Translations under genes and position numbers: made by a program
NCBI RefSeq assembly: GCF_006345805.1
Contig: NC_043017.1
Span: forward strand, 25,916,001 to 25,980,000
DNA length: 64,000 bases
Direction of reading: 5' to 3'
Source of the DNA: Octopus sinensis
Taxonomy: Eukaryota
The notes under the pieces: generated by a model
The model's input: only the letters and a program-made list of their open reading frames with translations
Databases searched by the model: none
Told to the model about the DNA's origin: nothing
Part shown: positions 51,536 to 64,000 of the stretch, piece by piece
How positions within the stretch are numbered: position 1 is the stretch's first letter
Layout of the letters: each line of letters starts with the position of its first letter

Positions 51536-52857
51536 AGTACTATAAATTTATAGAAAAGTTTTACATTTGCTAAATTTCAAACTGTTTTATAGTTGGATGT
51601 ATTATATCTGTTACCACATGTATATCAGTCAAGTCTCCATTTGAGGTATTCGATGAAATAACCTAACATCCTAAAAATGCATATACTACGCGATAATAAG
51701 AGTGTAGTTCAGTTTAGCTCTGAGTATATACAGGAACTACAGCAAACGTCAAGGAATACTGAATAATTTAGTTTAAAAAGAATGTTCGTTAAAAGTTCAA
51801 TAAAGGTTCATGGTGATGATTTAAAGTCAGTCTAGCATAATATCTTTTTGGTCCAGTGGCGATAACAAGGAAAGGAATTCTAACCTGAAGCAATATCAAA
51901 ATTTGATATGTAAAGTAGGAATTAAAAAAATTGAGCGAATTAACATTAGTACCGATAAACATTACTATTGGTATTGTTGTTGTTGTTGTTGCTGTTGTTA
52001 TCATCAACACAGTTATTTCGGCATTCTTTAAAACACATTCAACACATACATGGCATGGAATACTATTTTAATAAATAAGTGGTTTGTTGTTCTTGTTTAA
52101 CCTCCAAACCAGTCGCGTTCGATTAGACTTATAATAAATGATATTCAAATATTGATCATGCTGCATACATAATTATCGAGGATTATATCGATACATGGTA
52201 TTCTCTTTTATATTTCTTTTATTATTTTTTTTTATTCGTCAAACTAGTATTTGGTTAAAGAGAACTATCGCTGCTACTTCTGGGTGGTCGGGCGGAAAAT
52301 ACATTCATGAACTGTTTCATAACTGACCTACTTCTTCTAGGGACACATATTAACAAACCACAGTCTAGAAAGATCAAGGTACAAGTGAAGGGCAACTTAA
52401 AGCCTTCATACATTTATTCTCATTTACAATTTCGTTACTGTCGAACACAGATTCAAATACTACACAAATTGTTTCTATTCAAGCCACCTACTAAATGCAA
52501 TATGCTTATTTTGGTTTCCATGTTGCATAAATATTCCTTTGAAGATGGCCAAACGTAGCATATACAACCTGTCCTTTCATTTGTAGCATTTATCATCTTT
52601 GATGATAAATTACTAATATGTGAGGGTATGGTTTAAATGTCGCTCTCATTCATATGCAAGGTGAGTGTCCGAGACATTTCCATATCAGTATAATCAATAT
52701 GGATTACGTATTGCTCTTGATAATTCTGTGGATATGAGTGGCTCTGTGACTATGTAATTCCAGAAATGGTTGTAAGATTGTGGTTTGGGTTTCTAAGTCA
52801 GACGATAAGCCTATGGATGCATTAGAGAATAAACTATGGGTGTATTAGAAAATCAAC

Positions 52858-53400
52858 TAGGCGCAGGAGTGGCTGTGTGGTAAGTAGCTTGCTTACCAGC
52901 CACATGGTTCCGGTTTCAGTCACACTGCGTGACACCTTGGCCAAGTGTCTTCTACTATAGCCTCGGGCCGACCAAAGACTTGTGAGTGGATTTGGTACAC
53001 GGAAACTTAAAGAAGCCCGTCGTATATATGTATATGTATATGTATATGCATGTGTGTATGAGTTTGTGTGTCTGTGTTTGTCCCCCCAACATCACTTGAC
53101 CAAAGACTTGTGAGTGGATTTGGTACACGGAAACTTAAAGAAGCCCGTCGTATATATGTATATGTATATATATGTGCGTATGAGTTTGTGTGTCTGTGTT
53201 TGCCCCCCCCCCGCCAACATCACTTGGCCAAAGACTTGTGAGCGGATTTGGTACACGGAAACTTAAAGAAGCCCGTCGTATATATGTATATGTATATGTA
53301 TGTGTGTATGAGTTTGTGTGTCTGTGTTTGTCCCCCCGCCAACATCACTTGACAACCGATGCTGGTGTGTTTACGTCCCCTCACTTAGCGGTTCGGCAAG
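52858..53400 (+). mobile_element. SINE family A with an internal 128-bp triplication, 3'-truncated
   Basis: Units start at 52973, 53101 and 53229. Confidence 0.93.
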
Positions 53401-54504
53401 GATCCACGCTGATTCGTTTGATTAAATACTCCAAGAGTCTGCCTCTGCATGCCGCAGTAAAATGTTGGAAAAACTTCGGCGATAATGAATAAAAGGTTAC
53501 CGTGATTAGATGTGCTAAAATTCTATTATTGATACGTTTACTTTTGCGATGATATGATGTAATCACTTAGACAGTTACAATGAACTTCAACCTTCGTGAG
53601 ACGGTTCCATATTGAACACTTGGTAGTATGGTTTCGCTATTTCTCTTAATATTATAGCAAACACGAAATAAATATATAAATAAAGATATTTTATGTATTT
53701 GTATTCTAAGGAAGTGACATATAACTAGAGTAAAAATTTAATTTAATCAAGACCATTAATTACAGAAAAACATGACTTTCATATTTCTGAAACCACTTTC
53801 AGTCTTGTAGGAAATTATTAATAATTTAGCTGGTTAATTGAACATAATTCGTTTATTGAGGCAGCTGACATTTCCTAATTGCACAAGCCTATTGATATCT
53901 CGCTAGAAACTTACAGCAATTAATAGCCATTTATCTTTTGAAAATGGCGAAGTAAAAGGAAATCCGAAGACGCTGTCTTGGGTGTCGTAATTGTGCTAGA
54001 AATGTTCATGAAGATTTGTAATGTAGGTTTCTGCAAGTAAAGTGAGAGGATTGCATAATTGATAAGTTCATTCTCATTATTATACGTTGCTGTTTCTAAA
54101 TAACCTCAGAAGAATTAAAAGCATGAAAAGTAGAACCAAACATAGCAGTCTTGAAATTCTGAAACCGGAAAATAATGCAGTAGAATAGTAATTTTCCTCC
54201 GATTAGTGTGTTTATATATCCAGCTTGTGTTGAGTCTGCAGTCGATAATGCATATTACAGTATTCGTATTCAGCTGACTACCTTCAGCGTATATTGCTAA
54301 CCATTATGAAAATTTTTTAGAAGTTACGGCTCCGGTATTACAGATATGCGAATAGACTTTTGCAGAAAATAATCGCCAGAAAGACTATTTAAACCGAGAC
54401 AAACATCAGGAGATGTAGAGCTAGAGTAAGATATGCGGACAATATCTTTAGTTTCAGAAGGTTACGCTTGGGAATCCATCCGGGGAGTATAATGTCAGTT
54501 GTTT

Positions 54505-54600
54505 CTGATATAGCCCTGTGGAGGAAGTGCTAAGGGTCTCCTGGGAATAGATGGCAGAGAAAATAGACCGTGGATGGAGTGGATTGATCTACTAAAGTCG
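54505..54600 (+). pseudogene. Possible very old RTE-like LINE trace
   Basis: Frameshifted WR-VLRVSW resembles the RTE ORF2 motif RRxLRIxW. Short and weak. Confidence 0.2.
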
Positions 54601-54854
54601 GTGATGTGATTTATAATGCAACCGAATTAAATGTCATGCTCGAATATATTTTCTCATCTGCCAGTCCTATTATTCTTAACTTAGAGATACCATCATTTTA
54701 TAAGCTTACTATTTGTAAATCAGCAGAAAATAGCCAAAAAAACACCCCAGATAATACGAACTTGTTCCGAAAAGAAATACGAGGCGCATGCGCATACAAG
54801 TATGATTGTTTGTGTATGTGTGTGTGTATGTGTGTAATATAATCCTTTTTACTA

Positions 54855-55055
54855 TAGGAATAAGGCCTGTAATTTGTAGGAAGGGGGCTAGTCGATTGTT
54901 TCAGCCCCAGTGTTTCACAAGTGATTAATTTATCCACCTCGAAAGTATAACTGGCGAAGCCGGCCTCGGTGGAACTTGAACTCAGAACGTAACGGCTGAC
55001 GAAATGCCGTTAAGAATTTTGCCCTGTGTGCAAACGGTTCTACCATCTCACCACC
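54855..55055 (-). mobile_element. SINE family B, old
   Basis: cctcggtggaacttgaactcagaacgtaacggctgacgaaatgccgttaag. Confidence 0.75.
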
Positions 55056-56692
55056 TTAAGGTGTGTGAATACAATAATATTGCAAACAGGCAAACAACAG
55101 GTGCCAAGTAATAAATTTATGACATGATACTCAAACACGAATAAATAGTAGGTACGTGTATGATCTCACGTGTGCGCGTGTGTGTACATGTGTGTGAAAC
55201 ACGGTTAAGAGAAAAAGGGAAACATTCTTTATAATAAAAGATATTATGAATTTAGCAAATATAATGAAATTGAGACGGCCAATATCCAGAAACCCGGGTC
55301 CGTGTGTATCAAACCAGGTTGAAGATGGGAAGGATGACTTCTCTTTCCAAATATTGATAGGTCACAGAAAGTGTGTCAATAGCCAGCTGAAGGAAGTGTC
55401 CTCCTGGGGCTATCCACTGTTAATGGTTAGCCACATATATGTGACAAATATACTTCACAAAGAACAAAATAAATAAACATATAAATAAAATGAAAATGAA
55501 TATATACATTTTCATATTGTTTTATTGGATATATAATATAACGAAGCAGAGAGGAGAAGAAAGTATATACACGACGCATTGCTATTACTATTACACGAGA
55601 CTCAACAGTCTATACGAACGGCTCACAGTGAACTGCTACAAACACGATGATTCTTTATTTTGGCACTACGGCCATAACACATATAAAAGGGGATATAAAA
55701 TGTAGAACGAATGAATGAAGGAGGGTTTATAATGGAGGTAAAATGGCTCCGTGCTCCCCACTCGAAAGCGGTATCATATTAACTGTCTTAGTTAAATGTT
55801 TTTATATATTTTTTCTCCTTCACTTTTTGCATCATTTTGTTTTGTCATTAACATTCAAAGCAATTAGTTTCACCTCCACGCAAGACCTTCAACAATTAAT
55901 TAACAATGTGACTTACGTCTAACAGGGATCAAACAATGATTAACACAAAAAAATGTTAGTAACACGAACTGCTAATCGCTCACAGTTCTTTAATTTATAA
56001 CAATGAGTCTGTCCGCCTTTAATCACCTCGCGATGGTCGGAATCCTTCCACAACATACATATAAAATAGAAAGAATTCAGATAAACTACTTGCAATTAAG
56101 ATACATCATAGTTAAAGCTTTCCATATATTAATACTCCCAGCATTTGTTTCTTTTTCTTTTTGAAAAACAGAAATAGATCAAGCTTCCTCTTGCCTTTTA
56201 CTAAATGAAGCTTTTGGACAAAGAGACTCTCTCTGACGTTATAGGGTTCTGATGTTAATAAGGTTGGTAAAATATCATTTTGGCGTGCAATGCTAGCAAA
56301 TTTATTTTTCCTTTCATATTTTGTACTTGTCACAGTTTCGGTGTTAATGTCCAGAAACGTGTCTGTCTTTTTAATATTCACACTTCCTCAGTTTATCGTA
56401 ATCGGTGTCAATTTTCACGAGAATCACATTGCTTGATAAAGAGATTAATCTTATTATATACGTTCTGTACAAAAAGCAATCCGTTATCGTAGGAAGAAGG
56501 TGTCCTCGAAGCTTAAAAAGGTGGGAAGTCGCAGTGTAGAATGTGTTCCAAGATGTGTTTTAGTGTTTTCGTTTCTCGAGCCCAAGGATTCAGAAGGCTC
56601 GATAAACGCTTTCGTTGGCATATATATCTGACCGAAAGCACGGTATTCTCCCTGAACGGCATAGGGGATCATTGCCAGATTCGAAACAAGGA

Positions 56693-56875
56693 ATTTTGAG
56701 GTGGGGTAAGTCTTTTACATCGACCATAGTGCATTACTAGTACTTTATTTTATCGACCCCGAAATTATGAATTGTAAATTTGAACACGGCAGGATTTTAT
56801 CTTAGAAGATAAGGGTCCGGAAGGAACGCTGCGAATCAGTTTGTCTGATGTGCAAATATTTCTACCACTTCACTG
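56693..56875 (-). mobile_element. SINE family B, very old
   Basis: ggggtaagtc...catcgacc...tactttattttatcgaccccgaaa. Confidence 0.6.
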
Positions 56876-57130
56876 CAATGTTCCTTGGTTTACTAGAACT
56901 TAAATAAAATAGCGGATGTTCAGAATAGGAACAGTTTTTTTAAAGAAATCGGCTCAAAAATGTGATGTCGTGGGTTCAACTAGAAGATAACGACATCAGT
57001 TACGACTATAAGTGTTACGTTTCATATTACAGATAGTTCACGTGATTAAAAGCGTGATATTTTATTTGGATATGCAATCATCTGGTTCATGTAGTGACGG
57101 TCGTGTTCCACAATTGACATCAGCCATTGA

Positions 57131-57173
<43 letters not shown>

Positions 57174-57174
57174 C

Positions 57175-57420
57175 TACAAAATTACAAAATGGGGAAACAT
57201 ACTTAAATCAATCAAATATCAACCATCAGATGATACCCAATCAATACTTTATTACACCATTACATAACAGTAAAGGCATTATACAAAATATATAGTAAAT
57301 ATAATTAGACAATGAAATAGACATATAAAATATAAAATGTAATATATAATTATATCATATCTCTAGCAGTATATTGGATATATGTTATCCCATGGTGGGT
57401 TGAATTTTCAACCCCTATCT

Positions 57421-57428
<8 letters not shown>
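57175..57428 (-). mobile_element. Unclassified twin-hairpin element, copy 2
   Basis: Reverse-complement homology to 6927-7227 and 63421-63968; between (TA)n tracts. Confidence 0.75.
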
Positions 57429-57465
<37 letters not shown>

Positions 57466-57494
57466 CATGTGTGTGTGTGCATGTGTCTTCGCAT

Positions 57495-57710
57495 TTCTGT
57501 TTATCCCCCGCCACAGCAACACAGCCGGTGTTGGTGAGTTTAAGTCCTCGTGAACTAGGGTGTCGGCAAATTCAATCGATACAATAAGAGAATTTAACAA
57601 AATATAACTACTGGAGTCGATTCATTTGGCTAAAACTACTTCAAAGCGTTGCCCCAGCAAGGCCTTATTCTACAATGACTGCAACACGGAAGAGATAACA
57701 GATAAGTAAG
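57495..57710 (+). mobile_element. SINE family A, 3' half, old
   Basis: ccggtgttggtg...ggagtcgattcattt...gcgttgccccagcaaggcc...atgactgcaac. Confidence 0.6.
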
Positions 57711-58779
57711 AAGTTCAACCTGGTACCAAGCCTACAATATGCATTACCGCCAGCGAAGATTAATAAAGGGGGCAACGCGTGCAAGATATATACTCAATGT
57801 GTAATCGGAGGAAATGAATAATCTAAAGCGCTTCGTTTTTTTTGTTCCAGTACAATGCCATATTTACTTCTCAGTGCATTCCAGCGGTCTTCCAATAAAA
57901 TAAATATTAACTGAAACGAAGGAAATAGTTTCTTTTTCTTCGTAAATTGGATACGGTCTATTAGAAATATATTGAAGTGTTATTTCGATTGAAAGAACGG
58001 CATGAGACGTTAAAATAGAGCCGTTTCATGGACATAGGGTAATAATTAAATCTCTTGGAAAGCACAGCCGTTTATTAAACAAAACCAGGAAACACAAGAG
58101 GTGTCGGTTTCTCAATGGGTATATTTAGAGATATAATTTAGATCGGAAATTTGCCAAAATATCTATACAACCAACGAACTTGTCCAAGCTGCAAACAAGA
58201 TAAGACAGCACCAAATTGTTTGGCTTGGCCCCAACATAGCCTTTAATCATGACGGACATGAGAAAACAAAAGAAATAAACAAAAACGATACCGACAAATA
58301 AATAGATGTTGAAAAATAATTACATCTGAAATGATCTTGTTATCCGCAAAAACATGTTTGGACATCCAATCGATTTCGAAAGCTAGGTTAGATAAAATTA
58401 GCAGATGGCTTATATTTTCAATTCCATTCTGGTCAAAATGCAGCGAAAATTCGACATTTGATTCCTTACTCGGTGGAATTAAAATCAAATTGCTGTACCA
58501 TTGTGCAATCATTGGTGACAATTTATTCCGTAAACGCTTTGAGGCTTTGCAATAACAATGAAATGTTACTTAAAATAGTGACATCTATTGTCTTAGGCAA
58601 ACTAGAAAAGGCAAGGTTCAAATAAACGGAATATATATTGTTCGATGAATGAAAACATCTATTTGCAGAATTAGTGTGAACCTAGCTGAGTATTCCACAT
58701 GTATCTCATATATTTATGCAGTTGCCAACTAGAATCGGGTGCGGTTTAAAGTAAGAAACCTTGATATTGCAATTACTGA

Positions 58780-59008
58780 TTCTTTACTCTTTTTTACTCT
58801 TTTACTTGTTTCAGTCATTTGACTGTGGCCATGCTGGTGCACCGCCTTTAGTCGAGCAAATCGACACCGGGACTTACCCTTTGTAAGCCCAGTACTTATT
58901 CTATCGGACTCTTTTTGCCGAACCGCTAAGTGACGGGGACGTAAACACACCAGCATCGGTTGTCAAGCAATGCTAGGGGGTCAAACACAGACACACAAAC
59001 ACACACAA

Positions 59009-59079
<71 letters not shown>

Positions 59080-59200
59080 TAGGACAGGCTTCTTTCAGTT
59101 TCCGTCTACCAAATCCACTAACAAGGCATTGGTCGGCCCGAGGCTATAGCAGAAGACACTTGCCCAAGATGCCACGCAGTGGAACTGAACCCGCAACCAT
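58780..59200 (-). mobile_element. SINE family A, young, 5' tip missing
   Basis: High similarity to other A copies. Confidence 0.92.
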
Positions 59201-59454
59201 TTTTTTACATTTTGTCCAATTCATTTTCAATCGGGGATCGCGTATTGACTTGCTCCAGAAGCCGTGCACTGCGTTCGAAACCACGACCTTGTAATATATG
59301 AAGATAGACACAAATGTCGATTCAGAGACAGATAAGTTTGTATACATGCATTATAATTCCTGTTTCTCTGTTCCTGCCTCCTTCTACAGACATCCGCACC
59401 TACACAGATATATGAAAATAGATAGAATTTTTTATAGTTCACTCTCCCTTTATG

Positions 59455-59488
59455 TATGTCTGTCTGTCTGCCTGTCGGTCTGTTTCTA

Positions 59489-59578
<90 letters not shown>

Positions 59579-59580
59579 GT
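59455..59580. repeat. (TGTC)n/(TATC)n microsatellite
   Basis: Seen directly. Confidence 0.95.
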
Positions 59581-59883
59581 TGTCTATATATCTACCTATC
59601 CATGTATATATATATATCGTGTTCGTCCCTTCCTGTATTTCACGTTCATTATATATAAAAACATTCATTCTTATATATATATATATATTATATATACTAC
59701 TACTACTATAGGATGAAGTTTTTTTACAGAAAAAATACCATCAAAAACTGTGGCAGCATATTAAAATACCTTTAAGGTTAAAATTATAAACAACTTATAA
59801 GAAAGGGCTAAAGAAAATTATGGCATAGAAATAATTTTCTTTAGACCTTATTTATAAGTTGTTTATATATATATATATAAACA

Positions 59884-59930
<47 letters not shown>

Positions 59931-60072
59931 TGTCTAACTACCTAACTATGTTTCTGTGTGTGTGTGTGTGTTAATGCGCGTGCATAACCTGGGGGTTTCT
60001 TTACTGTTCCTGAGTCAATACTCTTTCCATTTGTAGCGAAAGAGTGAGACTAGTGGAGAGAGGGAGAAAGAA

Positions 60073-60113
<41 letters not shown>

Positions 60114-60671
60114 CACAGAGGGAAGAGAGTCTATGTGTTTTTGTTTAATAAAATAGATTAAAATTTCCCAGTTTAAAAATGAGGTTGAATTTCACGTTTG
60201 TATCATGAGAAGGCACTCAAAATATTCCTCTATTTACGTCGATTGCTTTTTGAGTATGCGCTGGATATATAAGCAGAATGCTTGGCGAAAGATACTTGGT
60301 CACGTTATCAGATACACATAAATGCATACGTAAATACACACACACATACTCATAATTTTATATATATTTATGTATTTATATATATTGATTTATATACATA
60401 TATGTCTATTTATTTTTATATATATTGGCTTATATATATTTGATTATATGTATATATATTTATTTATTTATATATTGTTATATATTTATATTTTCATTTA
60501 TATACATTTACATACATATATATTTATATGTACATATATATACATATTTATTTATACATATATATATACGCATTTATATTTATGTTTATATATATATATA
60601 TTTGTAATTATTTATTTATATATATGAATGTAAATATATAATACACACACTTATATATATATATATATATT

Positions 60672-60860
60672 TTTTAAATTTTATTATATAGAAGGAGCTT
60701 CTACAGGACTAGAACTGTTTCATTCAAAAGAAATCATCAGGAAGCTATGAATGAAACAGTTCTAGTCCTGTAGATGCTCCTTCTATATTATAAATTAATT
60801 TACTCTTCTATGTATTGAGTACCTTATTTACTGTGGTTAACCCCGACTCAACCCGGGACC

Positions 60861-60865
<5 letters not shown>
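60672..60865. mobile_element. Fold-back, Penelope-pLTR-like element in (TA)n
   Basis: Inverted arms 60681-60726 and about 60748-60793 (2 mismatches in 46 bp), 21-nt spacer; contains a hammerhead. Confidence 0.7.
60696..60746 (-). ncRNA. Type I hammerhead ribozyme with complete core
   Basis: Minus strand AGCTTC-CTGATGA-TTTCTTTTGAAT-GAAA-CAGTTCTAGTCCTG-TA-GAAGCT. Stem I 6 bp, stem II UUC/GAA, stem III ACAG/CUGU, GUA cleavage triplet. Confidence 0.8.
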
Positions 60866-60934
<69 letters not shown>

Positions 60935-62379
60935 CATATTTACATACATTAATGCTACATGCACAGGTATTTTCCCATGATTGTATACATGTGTGTACGT
61001 ATGCGTGCATGTGTTTTATACTTGTTTTAATATTTTAATACTTGCTTTATATTCAGTTAATTTAAGAATAATTTTACATTAATCTGGTGGTTTATCTATA
61101 AATTTGTAGAGTACACGTTATTATTTCTTTACGAAAATGTTGTTGACAGTAACTTCGAAGCTTCGACCAACCGAACCACCGTCGGGTTATAACATTTATC
61201 AATGATTTCACGGGTAACTCTGAGATCTATGCGTTTATCTCTATTTGTGTACACGAACTATTTTAAATTACTCAAACACCCTCTTCATTGTGTTATATAT
61301 CAGTTAAGTTTTGCTGAGCAGTTTGTTTCTCATTTAAACTACGTTCCATAATCGAAACCGATTCTACATTGGAAGATGATTTTTTATCAAATCTTTATAG
61401 TACAATTATGAACGAGTCCAGAACTATACAGCCTATAGAAATTATACTGCTGGTCACTGAAAATCTATACATTTTGGAAGATGTTAAGACCCTCATAATA
61501 ATACACTTGACGTATGATTTAGATCTAAAAGCACCAGCATCATATTCCGGCGAGGAATTTGTTTCATTTCCCCTCCAGAGAAATTCTGTGTAGTTGTGCA
61601 AATTCCTTTAGAGGAACACATCTCCTGTTCATTAGGTAACCATCATACTTCGAACGATGCGTTTAGCTGTATTTTATATGAAAGTCTTATGACTTAACAC
61701 TTCCGTTAATCCATTAGGGGTGATTATCATAGTTATGTCTCAATAAGATGATGCAATTAACTGTATGTGGCTACTGTAATCACATAACATTGACCGATCC
61801 AACATAGATATTCAACATAGATATCAAAGGAAGAATAACATCAAGTGTGCTATCAAATGGATATGACTTTACTTTGAAGACACCTTTCATTAAGTATATC
61901 ATTAATGCTCTTGGTTGATCGGACATTTCCTTGGTGTGAAATTTTGTTTTTCAAATAGCTACGGAATCATTAAATGGCAATCTATCCACTTTAACGATCC
62001 AACCTTAAAAGTTCCACGACAACAGTATTTATTCAGAAGAAGGGCTGATGAGTTAGATAAATGCAACTTCGCAGATCATATCAATAGCGTTAGAGTCGCG
62101 AGAAAAGTCCCTTAAGAAACATCACGATAAATCTCACTCGATCCTCTGACACTTCCAGTTATTCACTGTACTGGACCTACATATTTTTTATTCATCTCAA
62201 ACGCACCGAGAACCGGATTAGATATTACGTGACATGCTATTTATTACAACAATTAACCGCCGTTTGATACTAGACGATACCCTATACATCTAGTACGTGT
62301 ATTCCAAGAACAAATCACCGCTTAATATTATAACACAAGTCTCTGCACTAATAAAATGATTCGATAAGTATTTCTCATA

Positions 62380-62380
62380 T

Positions 62381-62411
<31 letters not shown>

Positions 62412-62433
62412 GTATATACATACATATATAAAC

Positions 62434-62494
<61 letters not shown>

Positions 62495-62530
62495 ATATGC
62501 ATACATACATATATATATATGTATATATGT

Positions 62531-62564
<34 letters not shown>

Positions 62565-62632
62565 CATATATATACATATATATATATACATATATACATA
62601 TACATATATATATATGTATATATGTATATATG

Positions 62633-62666
<34 letters not shown>

Positions 62667-62755
62667 ATCTACATATATATACATAAAATATATCTATCTA
62701 TCTATATATATATATATATTATACATATATATACATATAAATATATCTATCTATC

Positions 62756-62788
<33 letters not shown>

Positions 62789-62790
62789 GA
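62380..62790. repeat. Long (TA)n/(TACA)n tract
   Basis: Seen directly. Confidence 0.95.
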
Positions 62791-63074
62791 CATTTCAACT
62801 AATATCGTAAACGAGACGGATGCAACACTGCATAACATTAAAAAGAATTACCATTGATTACTTGGGTCGTTCAACAAATTCCTTCAGCTGTTCGCGATAG
62901 ATTTACAAATTCTATTGATGTTTTCAAGCACCATATCTAAATATTATTTCTATAAGAAATCTTGTAATTTGCGTAAATTTTATCGGAACTCAGGATTAGG
63001 TTCAACCAGGTCGAATTACACAGAACAAACTCACAAGAATGTCACACGTCATTGATATAAACACCTGCAGACTT

Positions 63075-63356
63075 ACGATCATGAGTTCGGGAGTTCTATC
63101 CCAGTGTCGCCTTGTGAAAATTGATGAAGACAATTTATTTTACGTTGATCTAGTTTCCCTGGCTGGGCAAAATGTGTCATGCCTGTAGAGTTGAAAGGGC
63201 CTGCCTTGTAACATTCTGCGTCACATTGAATATCGCTGAGGACTATGTTGAAGGTAGGTGTGTCTAGGGAGTACTCAGCCACTTGCACGTTACTTTCACG
63301 AACAAGCTGATCGGAACAACGAAACCTTTCGTCGTCGCGAGCGACGGAGTGCCAGT

Positions 63357-63357
<1 letters not shown>
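63075..63357 (+). mobile_element. Old SINE with a family C 3' tail and a different 5' part
   Basis: gaaagggcctgccttgt...ctcagccacttgcacgttactttcacga...gtcgtcgcgagcgacggagtgcca matches the C tail. Upstream sequence does not match the C body. Confidence 0.7.
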
Positions 63358-63420
<63 letters not shown>

Positions 63421-63965
63421 CAAATTGAGATAGGGGTTGTAAATGCAACCCTCCATGGGATAACATATATCCAATATACTGCTAGTGAAGTACCCAACAA
63501 TGTTAATACATAAATGTTAAGAATTTCGATGCAATTAATTCATTTATTGTATTATATGGGCAAATGTAAAATGTTTTACCACAAATTCATAATACAAAAT
63601 AAGAAAATGGAGAAATACATCTAAATCAATTATCAACTACCAGATAATACTCAATCACATACTTTATTAAACCACCACATAAGACACTATGAGGTTAAAC
63701 ATAAAAAAGTAGAACAAAACAGTGTACATAAAGGAGTGTACATAAAAAGAGTAATGTTATACATTAAGTAGAATATATATAAGAGAATATAAATATAAGT
63801 AAATATAAATATAAATATAGACTACTTCTTATGTACACTGTTTTCTTCTACATTTTTATGTTTAACCTCATAGTTTCTTATGTGGTGGTTTAATAAAGTA
63901 TGTGATTGAGTATTATCTGGTAATTGATATTTGAATTCGATGTGTTTCTCCATTTTCTTCTTTTG

Positions 63966-63968
<3 letters not shown>
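63421..63968 (+). mobile_element. Unclassified twin-hairpin element, copy 3, with inverted duplication of its 3' end
   Basis: Head at 63421-63485; inverted arms 63592-63732 and 63829-63968. Confidence 0.8.

Positions 63969-64000
<32 letters not shown>

Noticed and set aside
62045-62080. CTGATGAG motif
   Set aside because: No downstream GAAA or pairable stems.

Overview
This is AT-rich, repeat-saturated eukaryotic non-coding DNA, either intergenic or a very large intron. The repeat repertoire looks like an Octopus/coleoid cephalopod genome; that is inferred from remembered SINE families, not database-checked. I find no supportable protein-coding gene. The long ORFs are translations of (TA)n, (GATA)n or (AAT)n microsatellites or of SINEs, and the only recognisable protein remnants are broken mariner transposase pieces, a CR1-type LINE 3' end and a weak RTE-like trace. 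The window holds three tRNA-derived SINE families (called A, B, C here; roughly 35 copies or fragments), Tc1/mariner, pogo/Tigger-like and hAT-like MITEs, a probable 1.7-kb non-autonomous Helitron, many local duplications and one 100-N gap. The most notable signal is a set of short elements inserted in (TA)n tracts that carry type I hammerhead-ribozyme motifs of at least three sequence families. One motif (60696-60746, minus strand) has a complete catalytic core and is embedded in a 46-bp fold-back. A further unclassified three-copy family has two hairpins with conserved or covarying stems, and one copy carries a 140-bp inverted duplication. Coordinates were counted by eye; ends of degenerate repeats are approximate.
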